A DNA stretch of 59,638 bases, counting the filler, from Sphacelaria rigidula (taxonomy: Eukaryota), in the NCBI GenBank assembly GCA_964200075.2. It is 9 parts of 9 records of this genome, joined end to end, with 100 filler letters (N's around TTAATTAATTAA, not from the genome) between each part and the next. Parts side by side here need not be neighbours in the genome. Positions count along the whole stretch, not along the records: positions 1 to 6,538 come from CAXNAA020019479.1; positions 6,639 to 13,176 come from CAXNAA020019480.1; 7 more parts are not named here. The stretch is one strand, 5' to 3'. This document shows, one piece after another, positions 1-13,031 of the stretch. Position numbers and translations under genes: made by a program. Numbering within the stretch: the stretch's first letter is position 1; each line of letters starts with the position of its first letter. Under the pieces are notes generated by a model. It worked only from the letters and a program-made list of their open reading frames with translations. It did no database searches and was not told the DNA's origin.

Positions 1-3000
1 ACTGCTGTGGATATTCGCGGGGGAAGATGGCTCCGCTCGGTCGTAAGTGTTTCGCGTCTTCCCTGGAGAAGAGAAATGTCACTTCAACATCATTTTGTGG
101 AGGAACCCCATTTTCTAGGATACACTGTCATATACTGTCTCTGTATTGTATCTACTCGGGCAGACTCGGCTCTATCGAAAGCTGGTTTTGTACTAGCTTC
201 GAAACGTTGTTGGTCAGGCGCAGTGGTTGCTAAGGCGCGGGCTGCAGTAGTAGACAATGGACGGTCAGGGGTGTCCATATCGGATAAACCTAAAATGCGG
301 GCCGAAACATCAGCCAATTTAGGGATCACTTGCCTCGGGGCCGCCGGACCCGAGGGGGGAAGGTCGGTACCGGACCGATTCCAGCCGGTTGCGGAAGATC
401 TGGAAGAACTACCTACGGAGTTTTGTGGGGCGGGTTGCGGGGGTTTCGAGCTGGGCCGTTCGATCCGGAATCGCCCGAAGAAGATCCTCCACCGCCATGG
501 CGGTGGCGTGAACCTTCGCCATCATTGTCGTCGTCATCTTCCCGGTGGTTCTTTTTCTGTCCCGGGCAGTTTGTCGCTGCGGGAGTCCACCCATCTTCAT
601 TTTCGTCTCCGTCGGCGATGGTGGCGCCGGGATGAGGGTTGTAAGCGACGCGGAGTGCCGCAAAAAATCGGTGACAGCGTCAACGCAAGTCTGGTGTCGC
701 GGGTGATCGCCGATAGTCGTTTGAAGGACCAGTTAGCCCACGGTGAGCACCGAGACGCCCTCATTGGGGAAGAAGTCACCCTGCTCCACGTAAACACCAA
801 CGGCGTAGAGCATTCGCTGCGAAACCAGGGTCCATGCTTCGCGGGAGCAGTGAAGGTGGTTGCTGCGACGGAAAGGACCTGCATTGTCGGCTGCGGAACG
901 AGAAAGCCACTCTCGTTCGTTAGGTGCCAGTTACAGACCTTGGGTAGGGGCGGCATTCGCCGCCGAGCTAGCTCGTCAAGGTGGTGGTGTTGGGGCTGTC
1001 GTAGGTACGGCAGCGGCCGCGGCGTACGACTTTTGGTCAGTTTTACGTGGGATTTTGTAGGATGACTGACCAGTCTTGAGCGAAGCCGCTTGGGTCGAAG
1101 GCTGGCGAGGAGGACGGGCACTGAGCAAGTTGCTGGCGGAAGGCGGAGAGGCTTGATGGTTTGACAAACGCGCCATCGACGTAGCCGCTTCGTGAGCCGT
1201 CCGTCGGACATGATCTTCCAGTTCGCGCGCCCGTCTCTGAGCCGCCATGGCTGCAGTACGACCTTCGTGAAGCGCTCGTTGGACAGCCGTACTCGTGCAT
1301 TGAGAGTTAAAGGCCTGCCGCTGGAGATCCTTTTGGTTCTCGGCGTGTTCTTCCAGAAAGAGGCGGGTAGCGGCGGCGTCAGCTTCTCATTGTTGGTCGA
1401 GTATGTCTTGTGCGAGTGCTAATTAATGCTTATGAGGCGTAACCGTCAATGAGCTGCAGCTGCCCCGCGGGGGCGGTTTTTGAACAGCCTCAACGGAAGT
1501 CCGGTAGGGCATCGATCGTCGCCGAGTGGAGGGAGATCCCCCACAAATGGGGGCGAGCGCACGGGAGCATCCTCGACCGGTCCAGTCGTGGGGCCACTAT
1601 CTGCGTCAGTGTCAACCGCAGACGGGGCGACGGCGGTTGTAGGAGCCGTCGTGGGGGCGGCAGAAGGCGCAGTGGCCCGGTAGCGGCGGCGGCAGCGGCA
1701 GGTGTTGCGACACCAATAGCTGCAGGAACGCCAGTGGGCTCCGTGGTGATCTTGGCGGCAGCGGCAGTGGATCTTAAAGTGTCCATTGTTAGTAGGTGTC
1801 GCTCGAGGTCTGTCAATCGTTGTTGAAGAGGACGAATGATCGCAGCATCGGAGCGGGACGGTGTTTCGCGGTCAGTGCGGGGTCGTTGGTTTTGTGGTGA
1901 GGTGCGGCCGGATCCTTCAATTGAGGATTCCAGAGCCGGTGACATGTCCGAAAATATGTTTGGATATCGTCAGCATGTATAGTGTTGTCATTGCGTACAT
2001 GACGGCGGCGTGACAGGTGCGGAGCAGGGGGGGTGCGCGCGGTTGCATGATCGGTGTTCTTCGAGCGCGAGTGAACGCGCGAAGAACTTGATCTGTGCCG
2101 CGAATCATCCTCGTGAGTACGGTCACAGTTGGCATTCGCCGGGCGCTTCTGAGCGCGCAATGAATTCGAACTGTGGCGTGAACTACCGTCATATGTGTGA
2201 CCATGAGCGACATTCTTCGGGCGTGTGAAAACGCGCGATGAAGTCAAGCTTTGCTGGGAGTTGCCGTTGGAACTGCCAGAACGGGAGACGTGGTCGTGAC
2301 CAACTGTCGGTGTACGGCGCCGGTCAGAAGCGCGAGCAAGACTCTGGCTTGACGTTGAGGAGGGGCTGGACTCATGTTCGTTGAATTTTGCATGAGTGAC
2401 GAACGGAGGACGCGATGTCGCCGATCGGGGCGCCAAATGTACGGGTTTGGGCCTGGCAGGTGCAGAATCATCATTGAATTGCACGTGAGCAGCGCCGATT
2501 GGTCTTGGAGCGTGGCCTGGCAAAAAGCTGCAAATGCCTCGACGAGAGCAGAAGCTGGCGAGTGCGCCGACGCCGATGAAGTGCAATGCAGAGTCTGCAT
2601 GGCAGCATGCATGGCCGCAACTGCAGGTCCGACATTGGACTGCGCAGTAGGGCGCACGGGACTATCGAGAGTCGTGCGAGGGGGGTTCATAACGGAAGCA
2701 GCCCGCGTGACAAAGTCTCTTGCCCCAGAAGCGATACGCTTCGTCGGGACAGAATCGTCTCGAGAGTTGTCAGCCGTCATGCGACGGGGTGCCACGGTTG
2801 AAGCAACCGTTACAGGGCCAAGCTTGACACGTGGGTCCAGGGGCAACGACTCAGCTGGGGGCACAACCCTGACTTCGGATTCCACATCGAGATTCGGAAG
2901 AACAGAACGCAGCGAGGAGGGTGCTACGGAACCCACCGTTATGGGTTCACTGACATGTCCGTCAGGAACCAATGACTCAGCCGGTGGCACAAGCCTGTTC

Positions 3001-3260
3001 CCTGAGTCCGAGTCGGAACGTGAGAGAACAGGTCGCGGCGTCATAGTCTTGTCTTCAAGCCTTGAAGAACGAGCATCGCTCGAAGGTTGGTCTTCAGGTC
3101 CCGAAGGTCGAACAGCGCTCGCATACGTGCGTCGATGAGTTGAAGGTGACGTGATACTCTTCTTAAAAGATTTCGGACCACCAGTGGTTTGACTCCGTGT
3201 CCGACGAAGCGATTGGTTTCCCAATGGAGGGGAAGAGCCAGCGTTATTTCTGTGCGACAT
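1..3260 (-). pseudogene. Decayed long intronless ORF, probably ORF1/gag-like region of a retroelement; runs off the contig end
   Basis: Minus-strand ORF pieces 2244-3479 (ATG of MSHRNN at 3260), 1490-1945, 976-1248 and 90-329 chain together. Around 600-1410 one frame reads through isolated TGA/TAA stops (LALAQDILDQQ*EADAAATRLFLEEHAENQKDLQRQ...MAAQRRARELEDHVRR, coiled-coil-like). Ser/Pro/Arg-rich, no splice pattern, no diagnostic domain recognised. Confidence 0.45.
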
Positions 3261-4015
3261 GATAATCGTACGCAACTTGTGTGCTTGAAAAGGCAGGGGC
3301 AGTGTGTCTGGTCGGCGAGCTCTAATCAAACGAGCGTGACACCAAGAAATGCTGAGTGCAACGGCCGAAGCTTGTATCCGGAAATACGGGATAATGAAAC
3401 CTAATATCGCCTGGGGGGACCTTGGGACCTGATGAACTCGATATTTATTATTCAAGGGAATTGCTGTATGTAACAACAATGTCCGGGGTCTGGTTAATAC
3501 AACTTATCTAAGTTGTGGCGGTAATAGCTATCAACGGAAGCTCGGGATTTCGCACAGAACAGACGTATGGCGTCGAAGAAAAGCGAAAATTCAATTGTCT
3601 GTAGCAGCGTTGGTATGGAAAAGTAGTACAACTCACACGTGTTCCGGTTGTGGCGTCACGGGCAGACTATAACTGTATTATCCCGTTACAAGCTGAGAAA
3701 CGACTGGCGGTGTTCAATGAAATTTGTTTTTGATGAGCACCAAAAGATTGTGCGGCGTAGGGCAGCACAAAATCTTCTACAAAGCTTGGGATGTAGACCG
3801 CGAGATCGGACCTCGTAGTGGATAGGCAAGGCTTGTTACACAACGGAGTTGGGACAACGTACGTATGTGAAACAAAGTTGAAGTTATGCACAGCGGGGGC
3901 AACGCTGAGGGCGGGTGCCGAAAAAGATAGTGCACAGGCAAGGGGCACTGGCTTCGAGTGCTGTCTGCTCCAAGTGAGCACGTAACGTAGGTTTAGAATG
4001 TTTCAAACGAGTATT

Positions 4016-4398
4016 ATCGCGACGAAACCGTCTCGGAACAATCAATTATTATATGTTCGAGAGGGAGTCAATGAGAGAAAACTCATAGTTCGTTGTGCTG
4101 TGTATTGTTACTTACCACGCTGATGTACCGCGCTGCTCTACAGCTGTGCGAAGTACACCAGAAGAGATCAACAACAACAAAGTAGCTACGAATGACGTAT
4201 ATCGCGACGAAACCGTCTCGGAATAATTAGTTATTATTTGTTCGAGAGGGAGTCGATGAGAGTAAAGTCACAGTTCGTTGTGCTGTGTATTATCACTTAC
4301 CGCGGTGATGGACCGCACTGCTCTACAGCTGTGCGAAGTACACTAGAAGCGAACAACAACAACAAAGTAGCTACGAATGACGTAGATCGCGACGAAAC
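4016..4398. repeat. Tandem repeat, 185-bp unit, two copies plus a short third start
   Basis: ATCGCGACGAAAC begins at 4016, 4201 and 4386; the units align along their whole length with scattered substitutions. Confidence 0.9.
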
Positions 4399-4954
4399 TG
4401 AAGTGCCAAAACGGGTACAAATCTCGTGTATAGATGTCCGTGGTCACCTCTTTGGGAGCACGGGTTGTGTGCGCAGCAACTTCGTGAACAAAACATGCAA
4501 CAGTCGTGTACAATCGATACTAAAATATGAGAGCGGCAGATTGCTGACTTGGCAAGGAGCTCAGGTCAGGAACAGGGGCTGACAATGAACAACGATGCAC
4601 TTTGTGCACTGGTGTTCTGTAACAAACGTGTAGTAGAGGACTTCTTCTGCCAGAAGGAAGGGGGCAACAAGACCAAATACGCGAGCCAGGGAAGGCTGGG
4701 CGCGTGACCGTGCTGTACTGAATCACCAGCGGATGTTACGTTGTGCAGTCGAAACGTACCACCGTGCAACGTACAGGTGTATATGTGTCACAAAAATACA
4801 CAAAAACACAGAAAGGCGAGGCTGGCGTGCGGTGCGCGTTGACCCAACGTGGCACAAGATGTGCAGTCAAGCGCTGCAGCAAGCAGCAAGCAGCAAGGCA
4901 CGAATACTATGTACGAAGGGACATGCAGGGCAAAAGCTTTACAGAGCAGTGCTA

Positions 4955-5184
4955 CAGTAGGGTTGCACTTTTTGTTTCTGGGCCTCGTTTTTGTAGGAGC
5001 CCAAATATATGGGGCTTACTGTGCTACCAAAATCTCCGGGGATAGGACATGGAAATGCACACACGGGCCTTGTCGTGAATCGGCATCATTTTCAGTTGAA
5101 AAAAACTGAAAATGATGCCGATTCTTAAAATAATCCATGCAACACCCCGAGAAACATTTTCGCTCAAAAAGTGCAACCCTACTG
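4955..5184. mobile_element. Tc1/mariner-type MITE (230 bp)
   Basis: Perfect TIR CAGTAGGGTTGCACTTTTTG / CAAAAAGTGCAACCCTACTG, flanked by TA at 4953-4954 and 5185-5186. Internal hairpin GAATCGGCATCATTTTCAG..CTGAAAATGATGCCGATTC at about 5077-5124. Confidence 0.85.
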
Positions 5185-6347
5185 TAGCATCACTCTACAG
5201 TAGCTTAAGAACGGACTATCGAGAAAGCCGTAAAGAGCGAGAAGCGATAGGTTTGACTACTTACCGTACTTGAACCGAAAAAAAACACGAGGGCAAAACA
5301 AATGGTAACAAAAGCGGCGCGCGTGCAGCTCGACAAGCAGGGATGCGAATCGGTGTCAAGAAGGGAAACGCAATTGCAAAAGAAGAAGCTCCTTAGTCAA
5401 ACGCCAAACAAGGTCCTACCGTCGACGCCAAATGTAATGAGGTTGCGGTGCTGTAATAGAAAAGGTACAGCTCACAGTCCAAGCACAGGCTCACAAAGCA
5501 AGTGGACAATAGACAGTTTTGCACAGCTCAGCACAGCTCAGCACAGCTCTCACACAATATGTCGGGATGAGTTCTCACGCGTGGTTCTCTTCTTCTCCTT
5601 CGTCATCTTGTCTCTACCTTCCAGTATTCGATCAACCAATCCAATCCAACTCAGTCAATCAGTCTTACCGATGCTTAGGCTTCTTGGCTGGAGAAGGGGT
5701 GGAGGAGACGGCTCGAGGCATCCTCCTCTCTGCTATATACAGATTCACACTCGTACCTGACCAATTCTGAACAGACCTGTAGTCTTGTGTCTTGGAATGC
5801 TCTAAACACGAAATAGCCAGAAATGCAGATGGCCAGACTCGACAACGGATCTGAAGCGGCGTGACAACAGGCTAGTATGCGTCTTCATGACACGAGACAA
5901 TCGATCTAACAATCATTCATGAATTAAATGTCAATTTTTCGTTTGTCGTTGTCTTTGGACACGAGTTCCTCGACATGGGACAGACGACGAGGGAACACAT
6001 CATGTGGTTTCGTGACTTGTCATTCTGAGTGTGATGACGAGATGCATCTGCATCGACCTTCGCAGGATGCGAACAACGTACATTAATTGTGCCAAATCGT
6101 GATGGATATTCGAATCAGCAGGTTGCCCGCTATGTCTTGTGTGTAGGGCAGTGGGGGGGCGGCAAATAGCACAAGATGCAGTACATGTAGTGCGCAATGA
6201 TATACGATGATGCACCGTGTACGACAAGAGGAAAATACGGCATTCAAGCGTCCTAGTGTAGGCAGGTAGAATTTCGTATGTATATGACATGCATATAGTG
6301 ATAGGTGGCTCTGTATCCGGTCGAAAATGGCATCCTTGCCGGATATT

Positions 6348-6476
6348 ACGAGCATAATCGAGCAGAAATTCCACGTTGCGAGAATAAATCGAGCATAAAT
6401 ATTTTGGAAATGCAAGCATAAATCGAGCATAAATTCCACTTTACGAGCATAATTTTTGGTGAGAAACTAGCATAAA
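6348..6476. repeat. Cluster of short GAGCATAA(A/T) motifs, probably the subterminal region of a repeat
   Basis: Several GAGCATAA-like words and two AAATTCCAC words within about 130 bp. Confidence 0.55.
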
Positions 6477-6538
6477 AATAGAGTGGTAATATACGAAAAA
6501 GGGTACACCCTTATGCTTCTGGAGCAAAAAAGGGTGGC

Positions 6539-6638
6539 NNNNNNNNNNNNNNNNNNNNNNNNNNNNNNNNNNNNNNNNNNNNTTAATTAATTAANNNNNN
6601 NNNNNNNNNNNNNNNNNNNNNNNNNNNNNNNNNNNNNN
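6539..6638. other. Artificial contig spacer
   Basis: N44-TTAATTAATTAA-N44, with stops in all six frames. Confidence 0.99.
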
Positions 6639-6829
6639 CCATCGCTGAAAGTGTGGGAAAGTACTGTTTGAGGCTTGAACCTCATCTCGGAGTTAAACCT
6701 CAATTCGCGCAAATTGTTGTTATAAAATGATGGCAAGTTGAAGCATTGAAGCTTTGACGGCGGGAAGGCATGCGATGCATACGTTTTTGACGGCGTTGCA
6801 GAAGCAAGAGGCCAGGTGCGTTTTAGACG

Positions 6830-7375
6830 TGTTGAGTGCATATTTCCTTCTAGCGTGAGGATGATGTATCATTTGGCTGTTGCACTGCGTTGCGCAGGTG
6901 TTGAACGTACAAAGAGTGCATTTTGTATGTTGAGAAAACCTTGTCTCGGATGAGAGGGACGATGAGTCACGAATGCTCTGGAATTTGACGTTCGCTGACG
7001 TTTCCGGTTTCGTGCCGATGAAGAGTCAAGATACTTGTTTTGGGCGAGGATTTGAGAATTCGGCGCTAGCTATCGCTTTGTAACTCGAAGTGGTGCAAGT
7101 AGCATGATTGCATGTTCATGATGGACGACAATTTCCCGGGATATGTTGCGAGTTGTTCGGAAGTGGGGCAAGCTTGTCTGGAGCTGTTGTCGAAAGCAGC
7201 GGAAGAGATTGCTATTCTTCGCGAAAAACGAAATTACTGTCAGGCACCAATGATGTCTAAGTTTGTCAAGCTCTGATGTAACTACTTGTTGGTAGTAGAG
7301 AGCCTTGGGGGTGCTGTAGACCCTAGCCATCGTTGTTACCTAAGGTAAGGGGCATTTGTAGGTGGAGTTGCGGAT
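6830..7375 (-). repeat. Degenerate coding-type dispersed repeat, homologous to about 58860-59410
   Basis: Colinear nucleotide match to contig 9 (GGGCGAGGATTTG, GCAAGTAGC, ATGGACGA, TCTCGGATGAGA). Minus-strand peptides ELDKLRH and VHxEHA are conserved in both copies. Confidence 0.75.
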
Positions 7376-10300
7376 CTGATGGCCGGACTCTGTGATGGTG
7401 ACCTCCATGACGAGTAGGCCCGGTTTTGCTACTCTGGTGGAGAGGGGCTATGGTCCTGTTCTCCTGTACTATGCTGAGGGTTAACACATAAATAACTAGA
7501 GCTGCTGAGGTCCATGTGCCCATGATGGGAGGAGTTCACATGGCAATCTGATCTTGAGTGACAGAAGTCTACACGATACATTTCTCTATATATACATATT
7601 TTTTGCACCTGATCCATTATACTGTACATACAGTCCAGTGCAGCAATCATTTTTTCCGTTGAAGGGCACACTCATCGGCTCGGCTCTTCGTTGGTTGCAC
7701 ACAGCCTTCGCGATGAGCAAAGCTGTGTCGCTGTTGCTTCGGCCTTGTAGGTGCTTGGTCGGTGCTTCGCATTTCCTTGCGGCCCATTTGTTGTTTTGGT
7801 TAACTACACAGCTGCGCGCGACCCCTCTTGCTTCGACAGCCGGGGTGGAGACCATCCGGTTCTCGGATTGTGTGTTGATCTTCAACACAAACGAGCTCTA
7901 TGATCTGTGTTGTCGAAGAACCCCCCCCTCCCCCCGCGCACCCCCCCTTTGTTTTGGATAGCCGCGGTGTTCGACATACCGAGATCTATGGTATATCTGT
8001 ACCAGACCCGCCCCCCGCCAAGCCGCCCCCTTTCCCTTTCACGCTGTGCGCACTGCACCGCTTGCGATTGCTTCTTCACAAGCGGGACAACTACCGTTGG
8101 TAAAACATTTTACTGCATACTGCAGCTTCCAGCACGCTGTCTGTACTGTTCCGAGTTGTCGACAATCTTTACGATATTGGTGCAGGCACTGAAACTCGCG
8201 GCACTGATCGCCTACGACAGCGGCCATGGACGGTGTGTATCCACTCGACTGCACTGTACAGCGTAGTACAATGCCACAACTGCGTACTGTCTGTACTGTA
8301 TCACCCCCCAATTTTTTTATTCCACAGTACACGTGACCTTACTGTCCGGTGTCATATCGTATGTCGATACGATACCGCACTGTACTGAGTCATACTGTCT
8401 GTGCTTGTCTGTACTGTACTATAGATACGGCATGTTTTTGGATCGCCGGTGTATTTCGCTTGTCCGCCTCCACTGCATGTCACCCAACTTCCACCTCAGC
8501 TAATTGCAGCGGATCTCACGATCCTACCGACGGTACCGTCAGCTGGACAGTACATCAAAGTGTCGAGATTTTGCCAACGTTCAGTTGCGAATCGCGCCAA
8601 CTACTGTTTCTCATGTTGCCAAACCTTCCCAAGCGCTGGTACAGGACCTGGCGGGTTGATGTTGATGTTTACTGTGCCTCGTGAGTACATATCTATTTTT
8701 TCATGGCGGCATGATTGAATATTCGGTATCTCTGAACAGTACTGCAGGAAGCAGTCATCTTATGCCAGGCACTATTGAGATTGTGTCGTCCACCCATTTT
8801 TTCTTCTGAGGTTTTTGCGATCTTTTCTTCATTTTCTGCAATCACCTCACCCCAACACCTCATTACTTAGGTGGCGGGCCGGGTAAGTGTGCGGTGTGCA
8901 CTAAGCTGCATGTCTCCAGTGACGGTACCAACCACTGTCGTGATCACCAGTCGATTCTCTCCTTGGCTTTTCGCACCAAGAATCGGCGATAAGCACATCA
9001 AATCAGCACGTCCGCGGACCTCATCGAAACACCCATGTGGAACCGCTACGTCGACTCTCCTTCAAACTGACTAGATCCGCCCCTGGAAGGATACATGGCA
9101 ATGTTGTGGCATTTGGTTTCATGAAGACGCTGCGTATATCGCGGCCGATTGCGTACCTATACATTTGATGCGCACCCGTGAGAAGCTTTTCACAAACGCG
9201 TTCGGTGTGCTCAGATTATTTTCTTTTGACCAAATCCTCACAATACGGGCGTAAACGTTAAAACCGTCGCCCTCAACATCGCCATTCGCGCGGTTCAAAC
9301 AACCACCCCCGATTTGATATTGTAACCACGGTAGTCATCACAGCATTCTCAACCCACAGTGCGATCAGTCGTATTTTTAGGCTCGGGCGCAAAGGCTTTC
9401 GGCCCAAGCCTACCAATATATCATTCTGGCGCTTTTCACCCGTTTGCACAGGGTCAATTATAAGACGGCATACGCCCCCTTGTGATTGGACTTGCACAGC
9501 AGGTGAGCCCCGCCAGATTGATTGATGTCCCTCCACTGATGCTCACGCGCCACTTGATGATGTTTTGGAAATTACCGTACCCCGCGTTTTCAAATAAGCA
9601 CAGAGCGGGGCGATTCAGAGTGTACCGCTGCCTCAAAATTAGGCCGTCGTCCTCTGCCCGTTTTGAATACACTTCGCGTTCATTCCTCAATGTCTGCCGC
9701 AGGCCCACATTAGGGAACCAACGGTTGGAAGTGCCCCCCCTTTTCTTTCGCTCGACCAAAAGACACACATCATAGAACTGGATCAATGTCGTACGGCACA
9801 GGTTCAGGTTTGTGGTGCGGGTACACTTGGCTCCATCAGACTGTCATGATGGGTTCCATGGCAACACAATCCCGTGCATCGTTACATGACTCCCAATTGC
9901 GCAACGACCAACCCCAGTGTTTGAATTCTAGAGATGATCACCTAGTTTTACCTCCAAGTGGTATTAATCATAGCCAGTTGGATCCTTTCTCCCCGCGGCA
10001 TCGGCAGTCATGTAGTGCAACACCTCCCGCCTCCGAAGCAGGTACATCTTTTGTCACGGTAGCTGTTACCCCCGCAACTGTTCATTGCGGGACAAAACAA
10101 TCAAGGCCACACACCAGCCCCCAAACATGCTTAGGTGCCAAGCCGACCCCTGTTACACCCACGAACGAAATCAAGTCGATGCCCGGTCCCCTTTCATTTG
10201 GTGAGCGTAATTTTTCGAGCACGGAGTGTAAACGTGTCGAACCCTGGCTTTCCGTCGCTCAGTGGGTTGGGAAGGAACCCCAAGTAACAGCGCCGGTGGA

Positions 10301-10805
10301 GCGCCACGAGCGTGAGCAAAGGCGGACTGTCCTTGACCAATTTCCAATAGCCCCCGGAGCAGTCGAACCGTTAGTGCGCTATACGCGTTAACCTCGGCGG
10401 GCCCCTCCGGATGATCCTGTAAATATCCCTGAAGATACAGTTGCACCCGTCCACCGAATTCGTGAGCGGGTGTGGGTCTCACCAGATGAACACGATTCTA
10501 CGATCAGGCCGGTGTTTCCCAGATTTCGAACAGATCAACACTGCTCCCTGTCGACCCCTCACACACTATGTTAGAACCCACCGCTAAAATAGCGTTGTCG
10601 TCTGTTGGGTCAGATACTTCGCTGCAAATTGGGCGTTCGCCTCCTTGTCATGAAAATCCCCCGTCTAGTTCTTTACCACAAGGAAAACGTGGTGTAGTGA
10701 CCGACGAGCCGTCCACGCTTGACTGCTCATCGCCTAATTTACCAACGTCGTCCCCCACTAAGACGGGTAGCGAATTGACTACTGTAGCCAACTCGCCTCC
10801 ACCCT

Positions 10806-13031
10806 TTGACGAAACGTCCCTTTGTTTGCCCCCACTTCATGCTGTACCTTCGCCAGCTTCGCAAACAGACGCTTCGCTACTTGTTGCGGCCGACCGAGAT
10901 ATTTCAAACCAACTCGCGGCCAGCCACGACAACTGCCCTTCTCAAGAATCGTCCATCCCTTACAGTATCCGAAATTCAACACTCGACAGACCCTCCACCA
11001 ACTGCGACCGACACTCCGTGCCCCAACACACCTGTGAACAGAAATCTTGCTCCAAAGGATCACCAACGTGTGTATTCCAGCACAGCCGCTCACAACCACA
11101 AGCACGGTTTGTCCACAGATTTCTTGCCAGAATTTGGACCGGATCTAGTCAGCGGTACTGCAATCATGGATGATGCCTCCTTCACAACGAAAATAGATAT
11201 ACATAGTGGAATGCACGCAACATGCCCTTTATTAGCTGTTGCGTTGCCCGATTCAGGCTCGCCTTAAACGTTCATTACCGCCAGCTGTTGGCAACAAATG
11301 ATCAACGCGGGGGCTGCGGACGCACATTGCGTTTCTACGGTTTCCCCTCGTGTTTTCGGCGAGTTTGGTGCTTCCGCTTCACTTACGGTTGATCGATCAG
11401 TGAGACTTAGTGTGCAATTTTTCGATGACACGGGTTCGACTGCGCGATTATCCGTATGGGCTCTCATAGTGCCCGATGGTTCCATGTCGGTTGATGGTTT
11501 ACTGGGGCGTAATAGTTGGCTACGGTTTTCCACTCATGCATACACGTCAGACACACCTGTTTCGCACCATCCCAAGACTGGCAGGTTGAAATTGGGATAT
11601 CACGACACAGCTTCGGGGGCGCATGCCTATGTCGATGATCCAACACAAATAGGTGATGCTTTCCGACTGTACTATGTTGGCGAAAACGTAACCTCCTCAT
11701 CCCTTGAACCCCAACTCACACATATGAACCTTGTGAGGCGGAACGAATCCCCTGCCCTCACTGAGCAATACTTGGTCGAACTCATCAATCCCAATCAATC
11801 GGCTAATGATATAAGCACCTTTGATCAGACCGAAGTATTCGTCCACGAAGGTAGACAATCCATTCCTCTCACGTCCTCTGCATATTTCGATTTACTCCCA
11901 GGTCAGCTGTTAGGTTTTGCTCAGGCGCCCCTCCTACGGACAGGCTTGTCAAACGTGTGCCTGGCAACCGAACGGAAAATGCCACCAGACACGTCGATCA
12001 ACGCGGACTCTCCGCCGTTCGATAAACCTTGCCCGATGGTCGTGGACGATGCGTCTAACGCACCTGACCCAAACCCTCCAACTGCATTGCTTGATAGATT
12101 ATCGCCAGAGCAACGTGTTAGTTTCCAACATTTATGGGACGATATCCCCCCATATTTGCGACACATTGCTGCTTTTGACCTATCTGGTGAGGGTTGGACC
12201 CCCACGGTGATCGATAGGCTCCGTGCCACTTTGATAAGATATTCTGAACGATTTTTCACAGCGCCCCTAGATCTCGGCCGCTGCACCACTACACCGTTCA
12301 AAATAAAAATTCCTGATGGAACGCCACCTATCGCTACTCGTCCGTACAGTACAACCCCCCCCTTAGCGGATAAAATTCAGGTGATCCTCGACGGATACTT
12401 ATCCGCCGGTTTAATACGGCACTCAACGTCCCCGTGGGCCTCGCCGCTCGTAGTCGTCCGGAAGAAGAACGGTAAGATCAGACTGACGGTCAATTACCAA
12501 CGATTGAACGCAGTCACCAACATCTCACGTCTGCCTCTTCCCCGGATAGATGAAATCATTGACTCTCTCGGCGGGGGTAAAGTATTTTCGAACTTCGACA
12601 TGCAGTCTGGCTACCACCAACTTGCGATGGATCCGCAATCTATAGAACTGACGGCGTTTTGTACACCGTCAGGCCTGTATGAATGGTTGTTAACACCACT
12701 AGGTGCCGCCGACGCCCCCCGGGCATTTCAACATGTGATGTTTCGTGTGACAGATGGATTGTCTAAGTGCCATGTGTACCTCGATGACGCGGTCATACAC
12801 AGAAGCACCCCTTCCGAACATGTCGAGCACTTGGCATCCTTCTTCGCTCGCTTCGAACAACACAACTTAATAGTTGCCCCGTCTAAATCCCGCATTGGAG
12901 CGACTAGCATCGAATTCATGGGCCACTGTATCACTCCTGAAGGTCGTAGTCCAAACCTCAACAAGGTTGCCGCACTTACAGATATGCCCATGCCACGGGA
13001 TACATCTCAACTGCGCTCTCTGACGGTTTAA
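10806..13031 (+). mobile_element. Ty3/Gypsy LTR retrotransposon pol remnant (aspartic protease plus reverse transcriptase), pseudogenised and 3'-truncated
   Basis: Protease motif ALPDSGSP is followed by an in-frame TAA (11265-11267). The same frame continues as ORF 11298-13031 with Gypsy RT motifs SPWASPLVVVRKKNGKIRLTVNYQRLN, LPRIDEIIDSL, FDMQSGYHQ, TAFCTPSGLYEW, YLDD and IEFMGHCI. It ends at QLRSL before RNase H; no integrase is present. Confidence 0.93.

Noticed and set aside
7..1065. 352-aa plus-strand ORF and other plus-strand ORFs in contig 1
   Set aside because: Best explained as antisense shadows of the GC-rich decayed minus-strand ORF; no motifs.
3651..3666. TGGCGTCACGGGCAG as an LTR primer-binding site
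   Set aside because: It is on the strand opposite to the adjacent ORF, is not preceded by a CA LTR end, and no second LTR is visible.
4016..4398. Possible CRISPR-like array (also 26716-27165)
   Set aside because: The units are homologous along their full length with no unique spacers, there are no cas genes, and the context is eukaryotic.
6583..6594. TTAATTAATTAA as a biological motif or piggyBac target
   Set aside because: It is identical and centred in every N-run, so it is an assembly linker.
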